Shown: one piece after another, positions 28,725-38,841 of the stretch
Layout: every line of letters begins with the position of its first letter
Position numbering within the stretch: position 1 is the first letter of the stretch
DNA from: a bacterium
GTDB lineage: Bacteria > Zhuqueibacterota > Zhuqueibacteria > Residuimicrobiales > Krinioviventaceae
Reading direction: 5' to 3'
Length of the DNA: 64,000 nt
NCBI GenBank assembly: GCA_963693055.1
Contig: OY843751.1
Span: forward strand, 3,040,001-3,104,000
Position numbers and translations under genes: made by a program
The notes under the pieces: model-generated
What the model saw: only the letters and a program-made list of their open reading frames with translations
The model's database searches: none
Told to the model about the DNA's origin: nothing

Positions 28725-28753
28725 AAATTACGAATATAAAGCTATAGAGTCAA
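28725..28753 (-). promoter_or_regulatory. Putative sigma70 promoter upstream of the porV leader
   Basis: TTGACT-N17-TAATTT. Confidence 0.55.
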
Positions 28754-28813
28754 GCAGTTTTTGTTTAAATTAAAACTGATAATCTCTGTGCCTTTCGTAA
28801 TTTAACAAATTAC

Positions 28814-30163
28814 TTACTGAAAAAGTTCCTCAATTGCGGAACAAAATTCATCCATTTCCTGTTTTGTGCGTTTTTCTGTAACTGCTATCAGTAAGGTATT
28901 ATCCATATTATCAAAATACGGTTTTAACTCAATACCTGCCAGAAATCCTTTATTACTCAACAACTCAATATACTCACTAACAGGTTTATTCGAGTTGATG
29001 CGTATCACAAATTCCTTAAAAAATGGACGATCAAAAACAGGTTCAATTCCAGGAATTGCGCACAATTTATCAAACAGATAATGGCTTTTTTGCAAACACA
29101 AATCAGCGATTTTTGGTAATCCATTTTTACCCATCAAAGCCATATATATTGTTGCAGCCAAAGCTACCAAGCCTTGATTGGTACAAATATTCGATGTTGC
29201 CTTTTCTCGTCGAATATGCTGTTCACGAGTTTGCAATGTTAAAACAAATCCGCTCTTGTTATTTTTATCAACGGTTTTCCCTACAATACGTCCGGGCATC
29301 AACCTAACAAGATTTTGTTTTGCGGCAAAAAGTCCCAAATATGGACCGCCAAAATTCAAGGCATTACCTAATGCCTGTCCTTCTCCAGTAGCAATATCCG
29401 CACCATAACTTGCAGGTGGCTCAAGAATTGCAAGAGAAATAGGATCATTGGAAGTCACAAAAAGTGCTCCTGCCTGATGTGTAATATCTGACAATTCCTG
29501 CATTTCTTCAAGGCTACCAAAAAAGTTGGGGTGTTGTACAATAACTGCTGCAACCTGATCATTAATCTGGTTTTTCAATGCAGATATATCAGTTATTCCG
29601 TTTTCTACAGGAACAAGAATAACATTTATCTCTCTTCCATGAGCATAAGTTTTAATAATATCTACATAATTGGGATTTAATGCACCCGATAACAAAACTG
29701 TATTTCGTTTCGTATAACCTGTTGAAAGCAGCATTGCTTCTGCCAAAGCTGATCCACCATCATATACAGATGCATTTGCTACATCCATACCGGTCAATTC
29801 ACATATCATGGTTTGGAATTCATATATTGTTTGTAACGTTCCCTGGCTTACTTCGGGTTGATACGGAGTATATGCGGTATAAAATTCCGAACGTGACAAG
29901 AGATGTTTTACAACAGAAGGAACATAATGATCATATGCACCTCCACCTAAAAAGCAAACATTTTCAAGACAATTACTATTTTTAGCTGACAGCTCAGACA
30001 TATGCTTCATAATCTGAAATTCTGATAAAGCTTCAGGTAATTTCAGTTCTCCTTTGAACTGCAACGCTTGTGGTATATTGTCTATTAATTCCGAAAAAGA
30101 GTCAACACCAATGCTATCAAGCATTTCCTTTTTATCTGATTTCGTATTCGGAATAAAACCCAT
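28814..30163 (-). CDS. gcvPA: Glycine dehydrogenase subunit 1
   Basis: FLGGGAYDH, TAYTPYQPEVSQG, TLQTREQHIRREKATSNICTNQ; start at ATG 30163 after GAGG. Confidence 0.95.
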   Translation of the reverse strand: MGFIPNTKSDKKEMLDSIGVDSFSELIDNIPQALQFKGELKLPEALSEFQIMKHMSELSAKNSNCLENVCFLGGGAYDHYVPSVVKHLLSRSEFYTAYTPYQPEVSQGTLQTIYEFQTMICELTGMDVANASVYDGGSALAEAMLLSTGYTKRNTVLLSGALNPNYVDIIKTYAHGREINVILVPVENGITDISALKNQINDQVAAVIVQHPNFFGSLEEMQELSDITHQAGALFVTSNDPISLAILEPPASYGADIATGEGQALGNALNFGGPYLGLFAAKQNLVRLMPGRIVGKTVDKNNKSGFVLTLQTREQHIRREKATSNICTNQGLVALAATIYMALMGKNGLPKIADLCLQKSHYLFDKLCAIPGIEPVFDRPFFKEFVIRINSNKPVSEYIELLSNKGFLAGIELKPYFDNMDNTLLIAVTEKRTKQEMDEFCSAIEELFQ

Positions 30164-30177
30164 AAGAAGCCTCAAAT

Positions 30178-30555
30178 TTAACTTATAACGTTTTTATAAT
30201 CATCTGCACTTAACAGACTGTCTAATTGACTGGCATCAGACAGTTCAATTTTAATCATCCAACCTTCGCCATAAGGATCTTTATTTACAGTTTCAGGTGC
30301 GTCTGTTAAAACATCATTAACCTCTTTAACCTTGCCAGAAAGGGGTGCAAAAAGATCAGAAACTGCTTTAACAGCCTCTACGGTACCAAAAGCATCCATT
30401 TGATTAACTTCTGTACCTACTTCAGGCAACTCTACAAAAACCAGGTCACCCAATTCACCCTGTGCATAATCAGTAATACCTACAGTAGCAATATTGCCGT
30501 CTACTGATACCCATTCATGTTCTTCAGTGTACTTAAATTCAGCCGGAATCTGCAT
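30178..30555 (-). CDS. gcvH: Glycine cleavage system H protein
   Basis: [11 protein letters not shown], lipoyl-Lys motif [14 protein letters not shown]. Confidence 0.95.
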   Translation of the reverse strand: MQIPAEFKYTEEHEWVSVDGNIATVGITDYAQGELGDLVFVELPEVGTEVNQMDAFGTVEAVKAVSDLFAPLSGKVKEVNDVLTDAPETVNKDPYGEGWMIKIELSDASQLDSLLSADDYKNVIS

Positions 30556-30565
30556 TTTGGCCTCC

Positions 30566-31906
30566 CTAAAATTTAAATGTTTCTAAAAATTTAGTATTAA
30601 AATTCCCACTACGAAAGTCTTTATCCATGAGAATTTTTTTATGTATAGGAATAGTAGTAGCTACACCTTCAATAATAAACTCGTCCAATGCTCTAAGCAT
30701 TCGAACTATTGCTTCTTCCCTGTCTTTTCCATGTGTAATTAATTTTGCCAAGAGAGAATCATAATAGGGTGGAATCTTGTATTGATCATATGCATGAGAA
30801 TCCACACGTACTCCATGACCTCCGGGAACATGAAAATTGGTTATAACTCCAGGTGAAGGACGAAAATCCTTAAAAGGATCTTCAGCATTTATCCGGCATT
30901 CAATAGCATGACCACGAAGCTTGTATGATTTCATGCGTTCATCCAGCTTTTCTCCAGCAGCAACCTTGATTTGTTCTTTAATCAAATCAATATCGTTAAC
31001 TTCTTCTGAAACCGGATGTTCAACTTGAATACGGGTATTCATTTCCATAAAATAAAAATTACCTTCATCGTCCATCAAAAACTCGATGGTACCGGCACTA
31101 TTATAATTCACTTCACTCGCACCCTTGGAAGCTGCCAAATTCATAGCATCACGAGTCTTTTGAGTTACTGCCGGTGAAGGTGATTCTTCAATCAATTTCT
31201 GATGTTTGCGCTGTATAGAACATTCACGTTCGCCCAGAGATATCACATTTCCAAAATTGTCACCAATAAGCTGGATCTCGATATGTCTGGGACTTTCAAA
31301 AAACTTTTCTATATATAAAGCAGGGTTATTAAAAGCAGAATTCGCCTCTGCACCGGCAGAACTAAATGCATTGCTCAAGTCTTCTTTTTTTCGAACAACT
31401 CTCATTCCTCTGCCACCGCCGCCGGCAGATGCTTTAACTATGATGGGGTAACCAATTTCTTCGGCAATTTTATACGCTTCATCGATGGTTTTAACAATAC
31501 CATCAGAACCTGGTATTACAGGAACACCTGCTTTTTTCATTGTATCTTTAGCAAAGGCCTTGTCTCCCATACGTGTAATCACCAAAGGATCGGGGCCAAT
31601 AAATTTTATGTTACAACTCTCACAGATTTCAGCAAAATGCGCACTTTCTGCTAAAAAACCATACCCCGGATGAATTGAATCCGCATTGGTTATTTCAGCA
31701 GCGCTGATAATTTGTGGAATATTTAAATAGCTTAAATGACTGGGACCAGGGCCAATACAAACAGCTTCATCTGCAAAATTCACATGAAGGCTGTCAGCGT
31801 CGGCTTCACTATAAACAGCAACAGATTGAATTCCTAGCTCTTTACAGGCTCTTATTATCCGTAATGCAATTTCGCCACGATTTGCAATGAGTATTTTTTT
31901 AAACAA
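30566..31906 (-). CDS. accC: Acetyl-CoA carboxylase biotin carboxylase
   Basis: [33 protein letters not shown]. Confidence 0.95.
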   Translation of the reverse strand: MFKKILIANRGEIALRIIRACKELGIQSVAVYSEADADSLHVNFADEAVCIGPGPSHLSYLNIPQIISAAEITNADSIHPGYGFLAESAHFAEICESCNIKFIGPDPLVITRMGDKAFAKDTMKKAGVPVIPGSDGIVKTIDEAYKIAEEIGYPIIVKASAGGGGRGMRVVRKKEDLSNAFSSAGAEANSAFNNPALYIEKFFESPRHIEIQLIGDNFGNVISLGERECSIQRKHQKLIEESPSPAVTQKTRDAMNLAASKGASEVNYNSAGTIEFLMDDEGNFYFMEMNTRIQVEHPVSEEVNDIDLIKEQIKVAAGEKLDERMKSYKLRGHAIECRINAEDPFKDFRPSPGVITNFHVPGGHGVRVDSHAYDQYKIPPYYDSLLAKLITHGKDREEAIVRMLRALDEFIIEGVATTIPIHKKILMDKDFRSGNFNTKFLETFKF

Positions 31907-31934
31907 CGAGCTAACTCTCTTTAAATTATTGATT

Positions 31935-32426
31935 TCATGAAGGTTCTACAAGAAATAAAGGTTGATTATATTCAACCGGCTGAGCATTTTCAACCAAAAT
32001 TTTGACAATTTTACCACTAACTTCAGCTTCAATTTCATTCATCAATTTCATAGCTTCAATAATACACAAAACTTTACCTTGCGAAATGACATCACCTTCT
32101 TTAATATAAGGTTGCGCATCAGGTGCGGGTGAACGGTAAAATGTACCAACCATGGGAGCCTTAATCTCAATAGTATTGGAAGATTCTACCGGAGCAGCAA
32201 CTTCTGTTGCGGCAGGTGCTTGTGACGGTGCAGCAGGTGCTTCTTGCTGCACAACAGGGACTGGTGCTTGTACTTGAACAGGTGAAACAGCAGGGGTTAC
32301 AGCTGTTACATGAGTAGCTGTTTTGCTGATTCTGATTTTACCCCAAAACCACCGAGTAATCTCTATTTCACCAACAGTGCTGCTTTCAACAATTTTTACG
32401 AGTTCACGAATTTCTTTGGCTCGCAT
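31935..32426 (-). CDS. accB: Biotin carboxyl carrier protein
   Basis: [17 protein letters not shown], Ala/Pro-rich linker. Confidence 0.95.
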   Translation of the reverse strand: MRAKEIRELVKIVESSTVGEIEITRWFWGKIRISKTATHVTAVTPAVSPVQVQAPVPVVQQEAPAAPSQAPAATEVAAPVESSNTIEIKAPMVGTFYRSPAPDAQPYIKEGDVISQGKVLCIIEAMKLMNEIEAEVSGKIVKILVENAQPVEYNQPLFLVEPS

Positions 32427-32449
32427 TGTAACTCCTTCAATAAATTCGA

Positions 32450-33010
32450 TTATTTGACACGTTCCATGTATTGACCAGTACGTGTATCGATTTTAAGCAT
32501 TTCTCCTTCTTCGATGAACAATGGAACCTGAACGGAGCCACCTGTTTCCATTACAGCTTTTTTAGTTGCACCAGAAACCGTATCACCTTTCATTCCCGGT
32601 TCTGTTTCTGCAACCTTGAGTTCAACAAAGTTAGGCATTTCAGCACCAATTGGAGTATCACCATCCATTAAAATACTGATAGTTTCACCTTCTTTAAGAA
32701 AATCACTTCCCGGCTGCAACATATGTACTTCTAAACCTAATTGTTCATAGGTTTCGTTATCCATACAAATTAATTGCTCGCCTTCACGATACAAAAATTG
32801 CATCATACGACGTTCAACACGTACATCTTCAACTTTTTCACCACTACGAAAAGTTTTTTCCAAAACTTTACCAGTTTTCAAGTTTTTAATTTTGGTTCTT
32901 ATAAAGGCGCTGCCGCGTCCCATTTTTACATGTTGAAATTCGGTTATAGTAAACAGATCACCATCGATTTTAATGATTAAACCGGTACGAAAATCTGATG
33001 TTGAGGCCAT
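32450..33010 (-). CDS. efp: Elongation factor P (Arg32 type, KMGRG loop)
   Basis: [34 protein letters not shown]. Confidence 0.95.
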   Translation of the reverse strand: MASTSDFRTGLIIKIDGDLFTITEFQHVKMGRGSAFIRTKIKNLKTGKVLEKTFRSGEKVEDVRVERRMMQFLYREGEQLICMDNETYEQLGLEVHMLQPGSDFLKEGETISILMDGDTPIGAEMPNFVELKVAETEPGMKGDTVSGATKKAVMETGGSVQVPLFIEEGEMLKIDTRTGQYMERVK

Positions 33011-33031
33011 AAATAATAATTCCTTTTTTAA

Positions 33032-34477
33032 TTAACGTCTACTTTCAAGTTTGCTTTTTAATATTTCATTAACACTTTTGGGATTCGCCTTACCTTGCGA
33101 AGCCCGCATGATCTGCCCAACCAGGAATCCTATAACTTTTTCTTTTCCAGCTAAATAGGCTTCTACTTCGTTGGGATTTTCATCAAGTATCTTTTCTACC
33201 AATTGCTCAAGCTCACCAGTATCTGAAATCTGAACCAGTCCTTCTTCTTCAATAATTACTTGAGGTTTTTTGCCGGAATTGGCACAAATCTCAAAAACTT
33301 TACGTCCAATTTTCACACTAATTTTATCTTGGTCAACCAGTTGAATAATTTCTGCGAGATATTCAGGTGTTACTTTTAATTCTGAAATAAAAAGTTGATT
33401 TTCATGCAATGTTCTTAAAACATCGCCCATCACCCAATTACTGGCAGCTTTTTTATCTTTAACATTTTCAGCCAATTTTTCATAATAATCTGCAATTGCC
33501 AAATCATCGGTCAGGATAGATGCATCATATTCAGGCAATGCAAATTCATCAACAAAACGCTGTTTCTTAACATCAGGCAATTCAGGCAATAATTTCTTGA
33601 CACTATCAATCCAATCTTGCTTGATAACTACCGGAAGCAAATCCGGTTCAGGGAAATATCTGTAATCATGCGCGTATTCTTTACTACGCATAGGTTCAAC
33701 ACAATTCTTGTTTGCATTCCACAAGAGGGTTTGCTGTTGAATACTTGCACCATCTTCCAACACTGCTATTTGTCTGCGTATTTCATATTCCAAAGCTTTT
33801 TCTACCGCGCTAATGGAATTCATGTTTTTCAATTCTGTTTTGGTTCCCAGTTTGGTTTCACCGCGTTTTCTGATGGAAATATTCGCATCGCAGCGCATAC
33901 TTCCCTCTTCCATATTTCCATCACAAATTCCAAGATACCTTACAATCTGACGCAACTTTGTCAGATAAGCAGATACCTGAGAAGGTGAACGAAAATCCGG
34001 CTCACTTACCATTTCCAACAGAGGTACACCACATCGGTTAATATCCACCAGTGACTCGTCTCGAGCCACATAAGATTCCGAGTGCATAGACTTGCCCGCA
34101 TCTTCTTCCAAATGAATACGCGTAATTCGTATACGGGTTGTGTCACCATTATCGGGAATATCAAGGAATCCATGTTCACAAACGGGTTGTTCATATTGTG
34201 AGATTTGATAACCTTTGGGCAAATCCGGATAAAAATAATTTTTTCTGGCGATTATAGATTTCTCATTAATTTTACAATTTGTAGCAATTGCAAGACGAAT
34301 TGCAAAATCGATAACCTTTTTATTCAATACTGGCAAAACACCGGGCATTCCCAAACAAACAGGACAAACCTGTGAGTTAGGATCAGCACCAAATTTTGCA
34401 CTACAGGAACAAAATATTTTAGTGTTCGTCAATAACTGTATATGTACTTCAAGACCTATAACAGCTTCATAATCCAT
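33032..34477 (-). CDS. gatB: Asp/Glu-tRNA amidotransferase subunit B
   Basis: IGLEVH, KNYFYPDLPKGYQISQ, HLEEDAGK, YRYFPEPDL. Confidence 0.95.
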   Translation of the reverse strand: MDYEAVIGLEVHIQLLTNTKIFCSCSAKFGADPNSQVCPVCLGMPGVLPVLNKKVIDFAIRLAIATNCKINEKSIIARKNYFYPDLPKGYQISQYEQPVCEHGFLDIPDNGDTTRIRITRIHLEEDAGKSMHSESYVARDESLVDINRCGVPLLEMVSEPDFRSPSQVSAYLTKLRQIVRYLGICDGNMEEGSMRCDANISIRKRGETKLGTKTELKNMNSISAVEKALEYEIRRQIAVLEDGASIQQQTLLWNANKNCVEPMRSKEYAHDYRYFPEPDLLPVVIKQDWIDSVKKLLPELPDVKKQRFVDEFALPEYDASILTDDLAIADYYEKLAENVKDKKAASNWVMGDVLRTLHENQLFISELKVTPEYLAEIIQLVDQDKISVKIGRKVFEICANSGKKPQVIIEEEGLVQISDTGELEQLVEKILDENPNEVEAYLAGKEKVIGFLVGQIMRASQGKANPKSVNEILKSKLESRR

Positions 34478-34491
34478 TCGTGTATCCGATA

Positions 34492-35931
34492 TTATTTGTT
34501 CGAGTTAAATCTTTTATCAATAAAATCAGCAGCCCATAACAAAGTAGGCTCATCAAAAGGTTTTCCAATCAACTGTACACCAATTGGTAAACCATCAGCA
34601 TCTTTACCGCAAGGTACAGAAATACCTGGCAATCCCGCGAGATTTACAGAAACAGTAAACACATCTGACAAATACATGGTTAGGGGATCATCAACTTTTT
34701 CACCAATTTTAAATGCGGTAGTTGGAGAAGTTGGGGTTAACAGACAATCAACAGATTCAAACGCTTTATCAAAATCATTTTTAATATTGGTTCTAACTTT
34801 TTGGGCTTTGAGATAATATGCGTCATAATAACCTGAAGAAAGCACATAAGTACCAAGCATAATACGTCTTTTTACTTCATTACCAAAACCCATTGTACGA
34901 CTGTTCACATACATGGATTCTAAATCAGAAGCATCTTCATCTCTGTAACCATAGCGTACACCATCATATCTCGCAAGGTTTGCCGAAGCCTCAGCAGTAG
35001 CAACAATATAATAAGCTGCAATAGCATACTCTGTATGTGGCAGAGAAATTTCTTTAACCTCTGCCCCTGACTGTTCCAGTTCTTTAATTACTTTTTGAAT
35101 CTGATCAGAGACCTGCTGATTCACGCCACCTGTAAAATACTCTTTAGGCAGGCCAATTCTTAATCCTTTAACATCTTTGCCCAATAAAGCAGAATAATCC
35201 GGAATTTCTATATTCGCAGCAGTAGAATCCTTTTCATCATGACCGGCAAGTACCTGAAGCAGTAATGCAGTATCAGTTACATTTTTAGAAAACGGTCCAA
35301 TTTGATCTAATGACGATGCATAAGCAACAAGTCCAAAACGTGATACCAAACCATAAGTAGGCTTTAAACCAATCACCCCACAAAAAGATGCAGGTTGACG
35401 AATTGAACCACCAGTATCTGTACCCAAAGAGCCCATACAAAGATCAGCAGCTACTGCAGCAGCAGAACCACCTGACGATCCACCAGGCACACGGGTTTTA
35501 TCATGAGGATTTCTAACGGGCTTGTAATGCGAATTTTCGTTTGATGAACCCATGGCGAATTCATCCATATTGGTTTTACCAATAAAAATTGCATCCTGTT
35601 GCGCAAGCTTTTCAATCACAGTGGCGTTATAAGGGGATTTGAAATTATTCAATATTTTAGATCCACAAGTAGTGGTACCATTGGCCATAACTAACAAATC
35701 CTTAATACCCAGCACCATTCCTGCTAACGCACCTGCTTTTCCCTTTTCAATTTTACTATCAACAAGCTTTGCCTGTTCGATAGCCTGTTCAGGAAAAACA
35801 GAAATAAAGGCATTAAGATCCTTATTTTGCTCGATCTGATTTAGGTAATATTCAGTTAGTTCTACACAACGAATTTCACGGTTTAGAAATAATTGTCTTT
35901 GACTGGAATAATCCAGATTGGCAAATGTCAA
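34492..35931 (-). CDS. gatA: Asp/Glu-tRNA amidotransferase subunit A
   Basis: GKTNMDEFAMGSS, PGGSSGGSAA, DTGGSIRQPA, EVKRRIMLG. Confidence 0.95.
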   Translation of the reverse strand: MTFANLDYSSQRQLFLNREIRCVELTEYYLNQIEQNKDLNAFISVFPEQAIEQAKLVDSKIEKGKAGALAGMVLGIKDLLVMANGTTTCGSKILNNFKSPYNATVIEKLAQQDAIFIGKTNMDEFAMGSSNENSHYKPVRNPHDKTRVPGGSSGGSAAAVAADLCMGSLGTDTGGSIRQPASFCGVIGLKPTYGLVSRFGLVAYASSLDQIGPFSKNVTDTALLLQVLAGHDEKDSTAANIEIPDYSALLGKDVKGLRIGLPKEYFTGGVNQQVSDQIQKVIKELEQSGAEVKEISLPHTEYAIAAYYIVATAEASANLARYDGVRYGYRDEDASDLESMYVNSRTMGFGNEVKRRIMLGTYVLSSGYYDAYYLKAQKVRTNIKNDFDKAFESVDCLLTPTSPTTAFKIGEKVDDPLTMYLSDVFTVSVNLAGLPGISVPCGKDADGLPIGVQLIGKPFDEPTLLWAADFIDKRFNSNK

Positions 35932-35963
35932 AATTGTTTCCTCTATATTATCCGATTTTGTAA

Positions 35964-36164
35964 TTATTCAGTTTTTTCTTTATCTTCAGTCTTGGTCTTT
36001 TCAGATTTTCCCTTTTCTTCATCATAATCGCCATTGGTAGCACGTTTGAATTCATTAATACCTTTACCCAAACCTTTTGCTAAATCAGGAAGTTTTTTAG
36101 CACCAAAAAGAAGAATAATAATGAATAATATAATAATCAGCTCAGGGCCGCTTGGCATTCCCAT
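35964..36164 (-). CDS. tatA: Twin-arginine translocase TatA/E
   Basis: [23 protein letters not shown]. Confidence 0.9.
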   Translation of the reverse strand: MGMPSGPELIIILFIIILLFGAKKLPDLAKGLGKGINEFKRATNGDYDEEKGKSEKTKTEDKEKTE

Positions 36165-36195
36165 GTTGTTCCTCCAGAAAGTTATTCAGGTTTAA

Positions 36196-36372
36196 TTATT
36201 TAATATCGTCAGATATATCTATTTCTCTCTTGACATCATCAGCTGCTTTTTTAAATTCCCGCATACTTTTGCCGATTCCGCGGGCCAACTCTGGTAATCT
36301 TTTTGATCCAAATAATAACAAAACCACAACCATGATTACCATCATTTCCGGCATTCCAATTGCTGGAAACAT
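36196..36372 (-). CDS. tatA: Twin-arginine translocase TatA/B family, second copy (58 aa, not in ORF track)
   Basis: Manual translation MFPAIGMPEMMVIMVVVLLLFGSKRLPELARGIGKSMREFKKAADDVKREIDISDDIK; GGAGG RBS. Confidence 0.9.
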   Translation of the reverse strand: MFPAIGMPEMMVIMVVVLLLFGSKRLPELARGIGKSMREFKKAADDVKREIDISDDIK

Positions 36373-36418
36373 TATATACCTCCAAAAAAAAAATCAGTTC
36401 ATATCAAATTCAACACAG

Positions 36419-36447
36419 AATATATTGTAGTTTTATATTAATTGCAA
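36419..36447 (-). promoter_or_regulatory. Putative sigma70 promoter for tatA-gatAB-efp-accBC-gcvH-gcvPA
   Basis: TTGCAA-N17-TATATT. Confidence 0.45.
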
Positions 36448-36472
36448 GTGAAAGTTTGTCTATGAAAAAGAA

Positions 36473-36739
36473 TCAAAAATACCACCGCACAATATATGCA
36501 GCAACGATCAACCCTATCACTCCAATTATATTTAACTTAAACGTAAAACCTAATGTAAAGGTCATTAATACCAGGTTTAGTGTTACCGGAGAAAATCCAA
36601 TACTAATTGAACGTGTAAAAAAATCTTTAACAACACCTCCTGGCAAAATCACAGAAACCAATTCACCTAATACACCACCAATAATAGCTCCAAGGAATAT
36701 AGCTAAAATTAACCACCCAATTGTCAGTTTACGTGCCAT
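36473..36739 (-). CDS. Small membrane protein, DUF4321-like
   Basis: GAIIGGVLGE...P.TLNL...TFTLGFTFKLNIIGVIG pattern. Confidence 0.7.
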   Translation of the reverse strand: MARKLTIGWLILAIFLGAIIGGVLGELVSVILPGGVVKDFFTRSISIGFSPVTLNLVLMTFTLGFTFKLNIIGVIGLIVAAYIVRWYF

Positions 36740-36759
36740 AATTAAACTCTCCAGACATT

Positions 36760-37488
36760 TTATTGTTCACTATCAGTGTGATTATTTGCAACGAATAAAC
36801 TTGATTGCAAATACAAAAAAGGTCCGGAAACAAGGTAAATCAGCATAACAATTGCAAGAGAAAATGATGGGAAAATAATTAAAAACATAATCGACACGAT
36901 CAATATCATTAATTTTATTCTATTTGGCCCCTTTTCTCTCAAATTAAATTTGGGATACCCGTCATAAGGAATTGTACTTGCCATCAATAAACTTATTATA
37001 GGAACAATAACAACCATTCCGCGTAATAAAAATTCCCAACTTGTTTTATCATAAAAAATGATTATACTGGAAATTGAAACAGCAGCCATGGGTGCTGGCA
37101 ATCCAAAGTAATTCCGCTTATTACCATTTTCTCGAGATAATACATTAAAACGAGCCAGCCTGAATGCGGCAAACAGCAATGGCAGAAATGAAATAAATAA
37201 ACCCGGTAAACCAAGACGAATCAAATAAAATTTGTATACCAATAATGCGGGAGCCATACCGGATGAAATTAAATCGCTAAGTGAGTCCATTTCAAGCCCA
37301 AAAGTACTATTACTGTTCGTAGATCTGGCAATTTTCCCATCCAGGCCATCAAGAACGGTAGCAGCAAAGATTAGCCAGGCCGCATAAACATAATTTTCAG
37401 AAACAATTAGCGTAATAGCCAAAAAACCACAAAAAAGATTTAGAGTGGTAAATAAATTGGGGACGGTAATATATTTATTTTGTATCAT
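36760..37488 (-). CDS. pssA: CDP-diacylglycerol--serine O-phosphatidyltransferase
   Basis: PNLFT, DGLDGKIAR...FGLEMDSLSD, RLARFN; adjacent to psd. Confidence 0.9.
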   Translation of the reverse strand: MIQNKYITVPNLFTTLNLFCGFLAITLIVSENYVYAAWLIFAATVLDGLDGKIARSTNSNSTFGLEMDSLSDLISSGMAPALLVYKFYLIRLGLPGLFISFLPLLFAAFRLARFNVLSRENGNKRNYFGLPAPMAAVSISSIIIFYDKTSWEFLLRGMVVIVPIISLLMASTIPYDGYPKFNLREKGPNRIKLMILIVSIMFLIIFPSFSLAIVMLIYLVSGPFLYLQSSLFVANNHTDSEQ

Positions 37489-38125
37489 GAATTTTTGCGA
37501 TTACGCTTTCTGCGGCACGTAAACGATCTCCAAGCTTGACTGTGGGACTTGCGGATTCCGGCAAAAAAACTTCCATGCGGGAACCAAATTTAATAATTCC
37601 AAATTTATCCCCCGCCTTGACAGTATCACCCAATACAAGATTACATACAATACGCCTTGCCACCATTCCTGTCATTTGTTTAAATGCCAGCTTACCATAC
37701 TTTGTTTCCAGGCCAACAAAAGAATGTACATTATGTGAGGAAGCTGCTGATGTATGCGCATGATAATATTTACCTCGATTGTAGGTTAAATACTCTACAC
37801 TACCTGAAAAGGGAATATAATTTACATGCACATCAAATAAAGACAAAAAAATTGATATTCGAGTTACTCTTGACTCAAAAAAAAGAGGTTCATTAACAGT
37901 AGAGATATCAATGACTTTGCCGTCTGCAGGTGAAAAAATGGCATACGGATCATCAACAGCTTTTCTGGCAGGATCTCTGAAAAAGTAGACGCTCAGTATT
38001 GTTAATAAAAAAGAAATAACAGCTAAAACAAAAATAACAATATTCTGATAATGAATACCGGTAAATAAAAGAATCAAAGAAAACAAAAAAAAACCGGCAA
38101 CTGTAGAGTATCCTTCTTTATTCAA
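37475..38125 (-). CDS. psd: Phosphatidylserine decarboxylase proenzyme
   Basis: FFRDP.R, SPADGKV, DVHVN, ARRIVC, FGS cleavage motif. Confidence 0.9.
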   Translation of the reverse strand: MNKEGYSTVAGFFLFSLILLFTGIHYQNIVIFVLAVISFLLTILSVYFFRDPARKAVDDPYAIFSPADGKVIDISTVNEPLFFESRVTRISIFLSLFDVHVNYIPFSGSVEYLTYNRGKYYHAHTSAASSHNVHSFVGLETKYGKLAFKQMTGMVARRIVCNLVLGDTVKAGDKFGIIKFGSRMEVFLPESASPTVKLGDRLRAAESVIAKIHDTK

Positions 38126-38820
38126 CTTGACAGCTTTTCTTGTAAAAGTTCAATGTCCTGTTTAATTTTTGCTTTATCTCCGGCATTGGCTTCATTTAAA
38201 AGCATGTTATTATTTTCAACATCCATTAAATGACAGCTTTCAAGAGAAAAATCGCCAGCAAGAATAATTCGCTTATCCTCAGGTCTTCCAAACTCTAGTT
38301 TAAAATCAATAAGCTTGAGTCCTCTTCTTCTGAAATAATCTTTCAGAATCACATTAACCTTGGATGCCATTCTGTGCATTTCTTTAAGCTCTTCTTTGGA
38401 AGCATAGCCAAAAGAGACAATATGATCTTCATTGATCAACTGATCTTCCTTATCTGCTGCATGAAGGTAGAATTCAATCAAAGGACAATCTAATTCTTTT
38501 CCTTCTTCCAGTCCAAAACGGCTTACAAGACTACCCGCGGCTACATTCCTAACCAAATTGAAAACCGGAATAGACTCTATATTTTTAACAAGTAATCCTT
38601 CACCTTTTTTCTCTTTAATGAAATAAGTGCGAAGGTGATAACTTGCTAATAATTTAAAAACCTGTCCCGCAAAAGTTATGTTTAACAAACCTTTATCTTT
38701 AAATTTCTGCGGTTTGCCCTCCCCTAATGCTATCTCATCCTTGTATTCAAGAACACATTCATTAGGTTTTTCTGTTTCTAATAGTGTTGAAGATACGTTA
38801 TCTTTGATTACGTTTTTCAA
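38122..38820 (-). CDS. purC: SAICAR synthetase (PurC)-like protein with degenerate active site
   Basis: VRNVAAGSL and LIDFKLEFG are retained; the GKAK, PVECVVR Glu, DExSPDxxR and DKD motifs are absent. Confidence 0.75.
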   Translation of the reverse strand: MKNVIKDNVSSTLLETEKPNECVLEYKDEIALGEGKPQKFKDKGLLNITFAGQVFKLLASYHLRTYFIKEKKGEGLLVKNIESIPVFNLVRNVAAGSLVSRFGLEEGKELDCPLIEFYLHAADKEDQLINEDHIVSFGYASKEELKEMHRMASKVNVILKDYFRRRGLKLIDFKLEFGRPEDKRIILAGDFSLESCHLMDVENNNMLLNEANAGDKAKIKQDIELLQEKLSS

Positions 38821-38841
38821 CTCCAGACTCCTTTAATTGAT

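Noticed and set aside
36360-36848. 162-aa plus-strand ORF
   Set aside because: Antisense to the DUF4321-like gene, pssA and tatA; no recognisable features
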